Source: a virus. From it: 62,793 bases of DNA. The position numbers and the translations under genes were made by a program. Within the stretch, counting starts at the first letter, position 1. Each line of letters starts with the position of its first letter. The stretch lies in the IMG/VR virus record IMGVR_UViG_3300045988_104691, one strand, 5' to 3'. The notes beneath the pieces are model-generated. The model made no database searches and had not been told where the DNA came from. It worked only from the letters and a program-made list of their open reading frames with translations. This document shows positions 51,899 through 60,800 of this stretch, in pieces.

Positions 51899-53517
51899 GT
51901 TGGAGCGCCTACCTGTACGATACGATGACGGGCCTGCTGTCCGAACCGGTGGACGTGCCGAACTTCACTTGGTCGATGACGGTTTCCGATTCGAGTTTCA
52001 GCACGTCGCAGGGCAAGGGCGTCGGCGATGACGAGGTAGGCGGCTTGGAGTTGCCGTGGAGTCAGATTCCCGGCGACACTCCCGCCGCCCGAGCCGCCGC
52101 CTTGCAACCGTATAAGCGTGGCATCGTCCTGTTCTGGAAGAGTCCCAACGATGACGTTTCGTCGTTGGGCACTCCGATCCTGGCCGGAGCGTTGGGCGTA
52201 CGCACGTCCAGTTGGCATGACGTGTCGGTGCCGTACGTGTCGATGATGGGCCTGTTGCAGGATAGGTATCTAGTGCATGAGAACGCGTTCGGCAAGGATG
52301 CGGGACACACGTCCAAGAAGAGCTTCATCTGGGAGAACCTTTCATGGCGTGCGTTGGCGTGCGAGACGATACGCCAATGCACGACGGTCAAGCCGGGCGG
52401 GGAACTGCCCATCGACCTGCCCTACTTGAACGAGTCCGGCACGCATTCTCTTCCCGCCGAGGGCGCGTCCGACGATAAGAACGCGCCGAAAACGAAGTCG
52501 AAGAAGCGTGTGGACACCGCCGACGGATACGTGGAGACCGCGATAGACGGGGATATGACCACCATCACGGAACAGCACGTGAAGAAGGACACCAAGAAGG
52601 TGTCCACCACGAAGACGGTCACGTATCAGACCCGTAAGGGCAAGAAAAGCAAAGACCATACGAGCGTGAAGACGATCACGACCGCGCAGACCACGACGAC
52701 GAAGAAGACCGTGACGAAGAACCATAAGGATTATGCGGAACGTACGGTCACGACCACGACGACCGTGTACACGTTCGACGCGAACGGCCAGCAGACGGGC
52801 AGTTCGACTTCCACGGACGGGCCGCACAAGTCGATCATTCCCCGGCAGACGCGTGTCGAATACAAGGATTTCAACGTTTCCAACCATCGTTGTTCGGATA
52901 TTCTGAAGAACATCGCGAACGAGGATGGCGGGCCGGACATGCAGTTCCGCCCCTACTTGGCCGATTCGCAGCATATCCGTTTCCGGTTCGAGGCCGGTAG
53001 CGACGGTGACGTCTATCTGAACCAGAAGATTCGCCTGTCCTTGTCGTGTTCCCCGTATGGGGGCACGTTGGAGAACGTGAAGATCGACCGTGCCGCACCG
53101 TACATGCGCGTGTATGCGACGGGCGCCGGTTCGGACGAGGGTACGATGTGCGATCTGGCTGAGGATTTGAGCCTCGTATCACGTGCCGACCCGTGGCCTT
53201 TGCGTGAGTCGGTGACGAGCAGTTCGGATGCGAGGACGTGGGAGCTTCTTGATTCCACGGCGCGCAGCATGCTGAACGCGAACAGGTATCCTTTGGCGCA
53301 ATTGTCGGGCGAATTGGATGCGGATGATGTGGACTCGCAGGGCATGCCGTTGCATCCGTTGGGCAGTTTCTGGCCGGGTGAGACGTTCGACGTGGCGATA
53401 GACGGGTTCCCGGATTGGCCGGACGGCGTGTATCCGATGCGGTTGATGCAGATGAGTGGCGACCAGACCGGCAAGGTGTCGTTGAAGTTCGACCCCGTGC
53501 AGGAACCCGTCACCTGA
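51895..53517 (+). CDS. Minor tail protein (Tal-like), 540 aa
   Basis: GTG start overlaps the upstream stop. Thr/Lys-rich linker (TTAQTTTTKKTVTKNHK). Confidence 0.6.
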   Translation: MSWSAYLYDTMTGLLSEPVDVPNFTWSMTVSDSSFSTSQGKGVGDDEVGGLELPWSQIPGDTPAARAAALQPYKRGIVLFWKSPNDDVSSLGTPILAGALGVRTSSWHDVSVPYVSMMGLLQDRYLVHENAFGKDAGHTSKKSFIWENLSWRALACETIRQCTTVKPGGELPIDLPYLNESGTHSLPAEGASDDKNAPKTKSKKRVDTADGYVETAIDGDMTTITEQHVKKDTKKVSTTKTVTYQTRKGKKSKDHTSVKTITTAQTTTTKKTVTKNHKDYAERTVTTTTTVYTFDANGQQTGSSTSTDGPHKSIIPRQTRVEYKDFNVSNHRCSDILKNIANEDGGPDMQFRPYLADSQHIRFRFEAGSDGDVYLNQKIRLSLSCSPYGGTLENVKIDRAAPYMRVYATGAGSDEGTMCDLAEDLSLVSRADPWPLRESVTSSSDARTWELLDSTARSMLNANRYPLAQLSGELDADDVDSQGMPLHPLGSFWPGETFDVAIDGFPDWPDGVYPMRLMQMSGDQTGKVSLKFDPVQEPVT

Positions 53518-53585
53518 AAATCGCCCTTTTACCCTTTTTTTCTAAACCCCGCCTTGTGTGGGGTTTTCTCATGTTAGGAGAGTGC

Positions 53586-56441
53586 ATGGCTTCCCATAGC
53601 GAACTGCGCCCCGATGACGCGGCCCTTCCGTTGCTGATAGCTTCCGCCGCGTTGAGCAAGGCGGAGAGCCGTATCACGGTGGCTACCGGCACCGTCGTCG
53701 CGGACAATGCGGACGGTACGCAGACGTGGATTGGTTCCAACGGTTCGGACGATACCAGTGGCGTCATCAAATGGGTGGGCGATTTGAGCGCCCCCGGTAG
53801 GCCGTTGGGCCTAGCCGCCGCCTGTAGCATGCAATGCGTGGTCGTGTCGTGGGATGGCACGTTGGAGAACGGCGTACCGTCCGACTTCGCGTATATCGAG
53901 GTTTTCGCCCGTCGTGAGGGCAGTGTGGATGATGTCGTGTCGTGGGGCCGCCTGTCTTCGGCGGGCATGCTCATGAGCCCACGCTATGACATCGGCACGG
54001 TTTTCGACGTGTATGCGATCGCCTATGACGATGCGCATGATTCGACCGGGGCGTTGGCGCGTAACCGGTCCGAACAGTCCGACCTGATTACGGTCGCGGT
54101 CGAACAGGACGCGGACATGGAACAGATCGACGCCGCCGTGGAGGAGATGTCGAAGAAGGCCGACGAGGCTGGCGCGAAGGCCGAACAGGTTCGCAAGGAC
54201 ATGCAGTCGGAAGTGGATAATGTACAGGCGAAGGTCGACGGGCTGAGCAATGCCGGTGACCGACTGTCCGGGCAGATCGCCGACATTAAAGGTACCGTCA
54301 ACGGCCAGCAGTCCAAGCTGGACGAATTCGGGCAGAAGCTTGAGGGTGTCGTCACGCAGAACGGCGCGACCGTGAACAGCGTGACCGAACTCAGGCAGAC
54401 CGTATCCGGCCTTGACGCCCGCGTGTCGCAGAACACGGAAACCGCCGAAGGGGCGATGAGCAAGGCCACGGCCGTCCAGCAGACCGCTGACGGCATCAAG
54501 ACCACGCTCAGCAAGGATTACACGTCCACCAAGGATGCGGACGAGAAGTATTCCACGAAGACGGAACTGGCGACCGAGGCCGGCAGGATTCGCGCGGAAC
54601 TGTCGGAGACCACGAAGACCGCGAACGGTGCGATGGATAAGAGCGCCACGTTGGAGACCACGGTCAACGGCATTTCGACGAAGATCAGCGAACAGGCGAC
54701 GAAACTCGACTCGACTGTGAAGACCGCGAACGAGGCCAAAAGCACGGCGGATAGTAACAAGACCACTATCAGCCAAGTCAGTACGACCGCTTCGAATGCG
54801 CTCAGCAAGGCGACCACGGTGGAATCCAGTCTGAACGGTTTCAAAACCACGGTCAGCGAGACCTATCAGACCAAGGCTGACATGAGCACGTATAGCACGA
54901 AGTCGTACGTTGACGAAACGTCGAAGTCGGTCGCTCTTGGTGTCGTGCAGGACTATAAGGGTGCTGACGGCTCGGGTCTCGCCACGAAGACGGACATCAG
55001 CGTGTCGAGGACGGAAATCACCAGCGAGGTTTCCAACACGTATGCGACCAAAACCGATGTCACCAAGGAAATCAGTTCGAAGATCACGCAGAACAATTCC
55101 AGTCTGGAAGTGAAATTCTCGAACGCCGGCAGTATCGAATACGTGACCAACGGTAGTTTCCGTGAGAATCTTGACGGTTGGACGGTAGACGACGGCCAGT
55201 GGGTGCTCAACGGCGGCGACAATGCACTCCAATACTATAAGGCCGTCAGTGCAGGCGCTAAGACGTTGGGCCCACGGCAAGACCCGAGCGTACTCATGGG
55301 CACTTCCACCAGACAGCGGCTGATACGACGCAGTTTCGATATCGCCAACTATTCGAACGCGTCCGGTGCGACATTGCATATGAGCTGCCGGTTGAACGAC
55401 GGCACATGGAGTGGCGGGTACCCATCCGTTGAATTGGATTCCACGTTCGATTGGATGCATGTGGACATGGTGGAAACCATCCCCGCGGGCAAGTACATCG
55501 ACCGTGTAGTGCCGGTGATACGAGCGACGAACGCCTGTACGGTCAATGTCGAGGTGAGGAATTTCAGTCTGCGTGACATTACCGACTCGTATAAGAGCGC
55601 CGATGCGGTCATCAACATGACCGGGCAGGGCGTGCGTGTCGGTAAGAACAAGAACGGTGCATGGACCGGCATGAGCGCACTGGTCGGTACGGATGCCACG
55701 TTCGACGTGTTGGACACGTCCGGCAAACGGCTTCTCGAGGTCAGTGCGACTGGCGTGAAGTTCCCCCACAGCAAGGATGGCACTCGTCTCGCGCTTGGAT
55801 ATGTCGCTGGTTCCGGTTCCGCGAGCGACACCTTGTATATCGGTGACATCATCACCGGACAGCAGGAGGGCGGTCCGAAGAACCGTCTGGGATTCACCGG
55901 TGACGAGGTCAGCCTCGAGGGCGGCGACATCAATATCAATGCCAGCGACAATCAGTTGAGCCTGTACGGGCGTAAGGGCGCGAACCTGCTGGTGCCTGAC
56001 GGCGGGAACGTGCAGGTCGGCGGACAGTCCGGCACATCCAATACCACGCTCACCCTGCGTGGTTCGACCGTGAACCTGTCTGGTGGTCTGGTCAATGTCA
56101 ACGGGCGTACGCTCAACGCCCCGGTCGATGCGAAACAGTCGCAGAGGTGGGACAACATCCAATTGGACGTCAAATGCGTGAACCGTGTGGTCACGGTCAA
56201 CGTATTGCACCCGCTGGGGTCGAACGCCGTGGTAGGCGACCCGGGCAACCAGTGCGAGATCGGCTACATCAAGGAAGGGTATCGCCCCTCCCGGATGATC
56301 GGCTGTCATCTCGCCGCCTATAACACGACCAACCTGTTCCTTGAGATCAATCCGGCGACGGGCAAGGTGGCCTGTTTCCGAATGTGGGGCAATCAGGACG
56401 CTTGGGCGTATTTCAGCGCAAGCCTGTCCTACGTCATCTGA
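53586..56441 (+). CDS. Tail fibre / receptor-binding protein, 951 aa
   Basis: Long Ser/Thr/Ala-rich coiled-coil shaft with repeated (T/S)K.....T..S heptad-like units and a globular C-terminus. Confidence 0.75.
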   Translation: MASHSELRPDDAALPLLIASAALSKAESRITVATGTVVADNADGTQTWIGSNGSDDTSGVIKWVGDLSAPGRPLGLAAACSMQCVVVSWDGTLENGVPSDFAYIEVFARREGSVDDVVSWGRLSSAGMLMSPRYDIGTVFDVYAIAYDDAHDSTGALARNRSEQSDLITVAVEQDADMEQIDAAVEEMSKKADEAGAKAEQVRKDMQSEVDNVQAKVDGLSNAGDRLSGQIADIKGTVNGQQSKLDEFGQKLEGVVTQNGATVNSVTELRQTVSGLDARVSQNTETAEGAMSKATAVQQTADGIKTTLSKDYTSTKDADEKYSTKTELATEAGRIRAELSETTKTANGAMDKSATLETTVNGISTKISEQATKLDSTVKTANEAKSTADSNKTTISQVSTTASNALSKATTVESSLNGFKTTVSETYQTKADMSTYSTKSYVDETSKSVALGVVQDYKGADGSGLATKTDISVSRTEITSEVSNTYATKTDVTKEISSKITQNNSSLEVKFSNAGSIEYVTNGSFRENLDGWTVDDGQWVLNGGDNALQYYKAVSAGAKTLGPRQDPSVLMGTSTRQRLIRRSFDIANYSNASGATLHMSCRLNDGTWSGGYPSVELDSTFDWMHVDMVETIPAGKYIDRVVPVIRATNACTVNVEVRNFSLRDITDSYKSADAVINMTGQGVRVGKNKNGAWTGMSALVGTDATFDVLDTSGKRLLEVSATGVKFPHSKDGTRLALGYVAGSGSASDTLYIGDIITGQQEGGPKNRLGFTGDEVSLEGGDININASDNQLSLYGRKGANLLVPDGGNVQVGGQSGTSNTTLTLRGSTVNLSGGLVNVNGRTLNAPVDAKQSQRWDNIQLDVKCVNRVVTVNVLHPLGSNAVVGDPGNQCEIGYIKEGYRPSRMIGCHLAAYNTTNLFLEINPATGKVACFRMWGNQDAWAYFSASLSYVI

Positions 56442-56452
56442 CGTTCCCAAAC

Positions 56453-56495
56453 GGGGGAGGGGATGCCGGGTCTGGCGTCCTCCCCCTCTTCTTTC
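56453..56495 (+). terminator. Terminator after the tail fibre gene
   Basis: GGGGGAGG is the perfect complement of CCTCCCCC, followed by TCTTCTTTC. Confidence 0.6.
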
Positions 56496-56523
56496 ATGCC
56501 AACAACCAAACAAGGAGGCCATT

Positions 56524-56829
56524 ATGGCTGACATTGAAAACACTACGGACACTGCCCCTATCACGGGTGGCGTGCTTGACTTGCGTCCCGCGAAGGGAGG
56601 TATCGTCTACGAGCTGCTGCGTCTGGGCCTGTCGTTCGACCATAAGGATGAGACGGGTGAATCGTGGGCGGATTACATGAAGGGCGTGACAGCCGTGTTC
56701 GCTTCCCGTGACGCTACGGAAGCCACCGTGTCGGACATTGATACGAAGGATTCCAAGACCGTCACGCTTGACCAGCTCAGGCAGGTCACGGAGATCAAGA
56801 CGTGGCGTAGTGCGGGGGCCGACGAATAG
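56524..56829 (+). CDS. Hypothetical protein, 101 aa
   Basis: AAGGAGG RBS. Confidence 0.55.
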   Translation: MADIENTTDTAPITGGVLDLRPAKGGIVYELLRLGLSFDHKDETGESWADYMKGVTAVFASRDATEATVSDIDTKDSKTVTLDQLRQVTEIKTWRSAGADE

Positions 56830-57323
56830 TGCCGCCGTTCCAAGACCTATTCAACAGTCAGGAGTTCTGGTCGGCGGTCATCATCAGCCTGATCGGCGGT
56901 GGCGGCATCGTCGGCGCGATCATCACCGCGTGGAGCAACCGAAGGTCGAAGTCGCAGGAGGACCGGGACGGTGCCGAAGCGGATAAATTTGCTGCCGAGG
57001 CCGCGCAAGCCGCCGTGCAGATACTCACGGATTCCGTGATTCAACCATTGCGCGAGCAGGTGGAGAAGCAGGCCGCCCAAATCCAGCATTTGGAGGAAAA
57101 GCAGGCCACGCAAACCCAGAATCTGGAACAGACGCAGCAGGATTTGGAGGAGAAGCAGCAGGAGTATTTCACACTCGGCGCTTACACGCGAAGCCTGTTC
57201 CATTGGCTTCAGGAGTTTTGCGAAATCATGGAGCCCGATTTTCTGGCGCACCATCCGAAGCCACGCTTGCCGGACAGGCTGAGGCCCGACATCGCGCCCG
57301 AAACCGTAGGGAAGGAGCCGTGA
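56829..57323 (+). CDS. Membrane-anchored coiled-coil protein, 164 aa; lysis-accessory candidate
   Basis: TM segment FWSAVIISLIGGGGIVGAIITAW, then the Gln-rich coiled coil QIQHLEEKQATQTQNLEQTQQDLEEKQQ. Confidence 0.55.
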   Translation: MPPFQDLFNSQEFWSAVIISLIGGGGIVGAIITAWSNRRSKSQEDRDGAEADKFAAEAAQAAVQILTDSVIQPLREQVEKQAAQIQHLEEKQATQTQNLEQTQQDLEEKQQEYFTLGAYTRSLFHWLQEFCEIMEPDFLAHHPKPRLPDRLRPDIAPETVGKEP

Positions 57324-57388
57324 TGGAGTGGCCGCTGTTCCTGCTCGGCATCGTCCTTCTCGCCCGCGCAATCCATGATCTGCTCTAA
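57323..57388 (+). CDS. Possible 21-aa hydrophobic peptide
   Basis: MEWPLFLLGIVLLARAIHDLL. TGATG coupling and a GAAGGAG RBS. Confidence 0.3.
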   Translation: MEWPLFLLGIVLLARAIHDLL

Positions 57389-57397
57389 GGGGGATTG

Positions 57398-57472
57398 ATG
57401 GCCGATGCGATGACCTTCGTCATCTTCTCCATCGTCTCGCTTGTTTTCTGGCATTACACGAGACAACACTAA
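57398..57472 (+). CDS. Possible 24-aa hydrophobic peptide
   Basis: MADAMTFVIFSIVSLVFWHYTRQH. AAGGGGG RBS. Confidence 0.3.
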   Translation: MADAMTFVIFSIVSLVFWHYTRQH

Positions 57473-57489
57473 AACCAAACCATTTTTCA

Positions 57490-57518
57490 AGCCATCCCGT
57501 CTCGGGGTGGCTTTTTCT
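57490..57518 (+). terminator. Hairpin plus T-run before the holin gene
   Basis: AGCCATCCC pairs with GGGGTGGCT (one G-U pair), followed by TTTTCT. Confidence 0.5.
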
Positions 57519-57532
57519 GTTAGGAGGAAACA

Positions 57533-58003
57533 ATGGCGGAACACGCCAACAACAACACCAAAGCCAATCTTCCCGGCCTGACCGGCGAACGCGTCAAGGC
57601 CGTCGTCACGATTCTGGTCACGCTCTTCTCGCTGGCCAACGCGGGATTGAGCCTGGCTGGATTCAACCCGCTCCCGTTCACCGACGAACAGGTTTCCGCG
57701 ACCCTGTTCGCGGTCGCCGGCGTCATCGGCACGATCTACGGCTGGTGGAAGAACCAGAACATCACGTCCGCTTCCCTCGCCGGACAGCAGCTCGTGGACG
57801 CCCTCAAGAAGGAGGGTGTCGTGCATGGCGTGACCGCCGCGAAGAACGCCGCCATGAGCGCGGCAAGCGCGGTGGCCAAGACCGCACCGGCCGAGGAAGC
57901 GGAGGAAACCGCCGAAGCCGCTGAGACCGCTGAGACCGCCACCGAAGCGGCGACAGTCGAGACCACGGCCGAAGCCCAGTTCGAGCCGGGCGGCAATCTC
58001 TGA
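57533..58003 (+). CDS. Holin, 156 aa
   Basis: Two TM segments and a GWWKNQNIT motif as in LL-H/phi-LC3-type holins. Lies directly upstream of the endolysin gene. Confidence 0.7.
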   Translation: MAEHANNNTKANLPGLTGERVKAVVTILVTLFSLANAGLSLAGFNPLPFTDEQVSATLFAVAGVIGTIYGWWKNQNITSASLAGQQLVDALKKEGVVHGVTAAKNAAMSAASAVAKTAPAEEAEETAEAAETAETATEAATVETTAEAQFEPGGNL

Positions 58004-58902
58004 TGACCGGCGCCAGTTTCGCAATATGGCGGGACAGCCCAAACCATTACAGCGGACGGCTTGGGCAGTCCGTCAATCACATCACATTGCACATCATGGT
58101 CGGCCGATTGGCCGGCACCGACAGTTGCTTCCAACGTTCCAGCTTCGGCGCCGCAAGCCACTACGGCGTAGGCGGGGACGGCACCGTCTACCAGTGGGTG
58201 GACGAGTCCAACGGCAGTTGGGCGGACGCCAACTGGCAGTCCGACTGTTCGGGTGTGACCATCGAGCATGAGGGCGGCATGGCGGGAGTCCCGGTCACCG
58301 ATGCCGAGGTTGAATCTTCCGCCCAGCTTTGTGCCGATATCGCACGACGCTACGGCTGGACAAGCCTCAACCATGATGCCAGCGGCAATCGCACCGGCAA
58401 CGTCGTACTGCACCGCGAGGTGCCCGGCACCGACCATTACGGATGCCCCGACCGGTGCACCAACGCGCTACCGGTGGAACGAATCATCAACAGGGCAAAC
58501 GAAATCCTAGGAGGAGACAACATGAATGCGGAAGACGTATGGAATTTCGACCAGAACGGCGTGAAGATGCGAGACCGCATGCAAGGCACCGACGCGGCCG
58601 CCAACGCGGCCAAGACCGAAATCTTCCGACTCTCGCAATGGGACAAGAAGACGCATGCGTCGCCATTGGGCAATCTGGTCGCGGAGATGCCGATACAGGG
58701 CGGCGCCAAATTGGGCGACCGGGTGGCCGGCATCGACAGCAAGACCAGTCAGCTCATCACTCAGGTATCCGCACTGTCCGAAGCGGTCAAGGCGTTGGCG
58801 TCCGCACAGGGCGCAGACCCGGACCAGATCGCGAAGATCGTCGAAGCCGCGGTCAAGGACAAGCTCGCCAAGCTCAAGATCACCGTAACCGACAGCGAGT
58901 GA
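58003..58902 (+). CDS. Endolysin, N-acetylmuramoyl-L-alanine amidase (amidase_2/PGRP type), 299 aa
   Basis: ITLHIMVG, ASHYGVGGDGTVYQWV, GVTIEHEG, LHREV...CP. TGATG coupling to the holin gene. Confidence 0.85.
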   Translation: MTGASFAIWRDSPNHYSGRLGQSVNHITLHIMVGRLAGTDSCFQRSSFGAASHYGVGGDGTVYQWVDESNGSWADANWQSDCSGVTIEHEGGMAGVPVTDAEVESSAQLCADIARRYGWTSLNHDASGNRTGNVVLHREVPGTDHYGCPDRCTNALPVERIINRANEILGGDNMNAEDVWNFDQNGVKMRDRMQGTDAAANAAKTEIFRLSQWDKKTHASPLGNLVAEMPIQGGAKLGDRVAGIDSKTSQLITQVSALSEAVKALASAQGADPDQIAKIVEAAVKDKLAKLKITVTDSE

Positions 58903-59031
58903 CGGACCATTTCGTCGACGCCAACAAAATGGTCACGGCTGATACCATAGGATATTCTTCCCACGTCGTTTAAGCATGAAGGTCATGCGCGATGTGGGTT
59001 GCCGGGATTCCGGCTGGTTTTATATTGGCAT

Positions 59032-59081
59032 GCCCCTCTCCTAGGATTGGAACCCTAGGGGAGGGGCGATTTTTGTTTTTT
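59032..59081. terminator. Bidirectional terminator between the lysis and recombinase modules
   Basis: GCCCCTCTCCTAGG pairs with CCTAGGGGAGGGGC (1 mismatch), followed by GATTTTTGTTTTTT. Confidence 0.7.
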
Positions 59082-59090
59082 CGAGCCGTG

Positions 59091-59960
59091 TCAAGTGGTT
59101 TGGGTGTCGTGCAGGAATCCTTGCAATCCTTCTCCTGCGATGCCGTTCAGCCCTCGGCGTGCCATGTCGTAGTAGTCGAGCATCCTCGCACTGTTCCATC
59201 CGCCCGCCGCCATGATGTCGCGGTCCGGTACGCCCGCGTCTCGGGAGAGCGTGCAGAACGTGCGGCGCAGTGAATGCGGCGTGATGTCCGGTACGCCGAT
59301 GCGTAGGGCCACCGATGAGATGATGCCGGTAAGCTCGTAGGAGCACATTCTTTTCCCTGTGGCGCCACGGAATACGGGGCCTTTACGACGTTTGCCGATA
59401 TGGTGTTTCAGGGCCTTCGCCGCATCGTTGGGGATGGCGACCCTTTGCGTCCAATCGCCCTTACGGTCGAAGCGGACCCATGGTGGACTGTCGTCGGTGT
59501 GGCAGTCCTCTACGTCCAATCCCAGTGCTTCGCTCGCTCTTGCGCCGGTCAATAGCAGCAGGCGACATAGAGCGTCGGTCTGAGGGTCGAGGCCGTGCGC
59601 CTCTTCGAGGAACGCTATGGCCTGTTCGCGGGTGAGGTAGGAGCCGTCTGAATGCCCGTATATCCTCGGCTTGCGTAGATGTTCGGCCGGGTTCTCGCCA
59701 ATGTAGCCCTCTTCGGAAAGGTACTTGTAGAAGGAGCCGAGGATGCTCAGCCTCGACCAGACGGTACGTTTCATCGACGGTTCCATATCGGCCCCGATCA
59801 TGGCGAACGCCTCGATATGGCGACGTTGGGCGTGCAATGCGTCGATGCCGTTGTCCGAACACCAGCGCAACCATCTTGACAGTACGTTCCGGTATGTCAT
59901 GCGGGTGGTCTTGCCTACGCCAATGAGGAATCCGGACACCATGTCGCTTATCGTTTCCAT
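59091..59960 (-). CDS. XerC/D-like tyrosine recombinase, second recombinase, about 290 aa
   Basis: SAM-like N-terminal domain (TYRNVLSRWLRWC...HIEAF). Catalytic residues: R in LTGARASEAL, H-x-x-R in HSLRRTF, Y in ARMLDYY. The start at 59960 overlaps the upstream stop. Confidence 0.85.
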   Translation of the reverse strand: METISDMVSGFLIGVGKTTRMTYRNVLSRWLRWCSDNGIDALHAQRRHIEAFAMIGADMEPSMKRTVWSRLSILGSFYKYLSEEGYIGENPAEHLRKPRIYGHSDGSYLTREQAIAFLEEAHGLDPQTDALCRLLLLTGARASEALGLDVEDCHTDDSPPWVRFDRKGDWTQRVAIPNDAAKALKHHIGKRRKGPVFRGATGKRMCSYELTGIISSVALRIGVPDITPHSLRRTFCTLSRDAGVPDRDIMAAGGWNSARMLDYYDMARRGLNGIAGEGLQGFLHDTQTT

Positions 59961-60799
59961 ACGCGTACCGTTTCCTTGCAGATCAGGGGCTTGTCGGCGG
60001 GGCCTTTCACGAAGGGTGGTATCCATTGGCGGCGGCGTAGCGTATGGTTCGGCCCGTATGCCTGTTCCCGCCAGAAGCCGCGTACGATGAACCGGTGGGA
60101 GTATTCGCGGCGTACGCGTTCGTCGTCCTTGTCGCTTTCGCCGGGCCGATGCAGGTTCTCCCGTAGGATGAGCATCTTGACCTTGCGGATTTCCGAATCG
60201 AATCGTGGGGGCATGGGGTAGCGTCCGCCCGGTTGTGCCGGTTTGGTCTGGCAGATGCGTGGTTGGCTGCTCAACGCCCATGTCGCCTTGACGATTTTGG
60301 CGAATGCTTCCGCGAGGCCGGGCTGGTTCGCTTCGGCCACGTAGATCACGGGGCAGGTCATGGGCAGTCCCGCAGCCTTGGCGCCTGACTGTTCCAGTAC
60401 GTCGTCGCCGTCGGTGAATGGGATGGTGGCGAGTTGGCCGTCACGTCCGCAGGACCAGTAGAGGGCGACTATGTTCCCGGACAGTGTGCCGTCCGATATG
60501 TTGAGGGGCAGTCCGCCGTCGAAGAACATCAGGCCGGTCACTGCCGGGTATTCGACTTCGGGGAACGTGCCGAACAGGACGGTGTCCGTCACGAGTTGGA
60601 CCATGTCGTGGCTGACCCACCAGAGTTGCGCGGTCTTCAACTGGTCCAGTTCGTTCCACATTTCGAGGGTGTACCGTTCGTATTGCGGCATGCTGTCCAT
60701 CTGTCTTTTGAGCTGTTCCTTCTGGAATGCCGCCACCTTGTCGCGGATGAGCGGCAGGTGGGATGGGGTGAGGCGGAGTCTTTTATGCTTGCGGGTCAT
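59948..60799 (-). CDS. Unknown 283-aa protein between the two recombinase genes
   Basis: Translationally coupled on both sides. C-terminal basic motif HRFIVRGFWREQAYGPNHTLRRRQWIPPFVKGP. No family recognised. Confidence 0.75.
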   Translation of the reverse strand: MTRKHKRLRLTPSHLPLIRDKVAAFQKEQLKRQMDSMPQYERYTLEMWNELDQLKTAQLWWVSHDMVQLVTDTVLFGTFPEVEYPAVTGLMFFDGGLPLNISDGTLSGNIVALYWSCGRDGQLATIPFTDGDDVLEQSGAKAAGLPMTCPVIYVAEANQPGLAEAFAKIVKATWALSSQPRICQTKPAQPGGRYPMPPRFDSEIRKVKMLILRENLHRPGESDKDDERVRREYSHRFIVRGFWREQAYGPNHTLRRRQWIPPFVKGPADKPLICKETVRVWKR

Positions 60800-60800
60800 G

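Noticed and set aside
53586-59090. Rin-type shufflon (invertible receptor-binding-protein cassettes) associated with the second tyrosine recombinase.
   Set aside because: I found no silent fibre C-terminal cassettes on the opposite strand. I also spotted no pairs of inverted sfx-like repeats by eye between the fibre gene and the recombinase. The minus-strand ORFs here are off-frame shadows of the holin and lysin genes. A computational inverted-repeat search is still needed.
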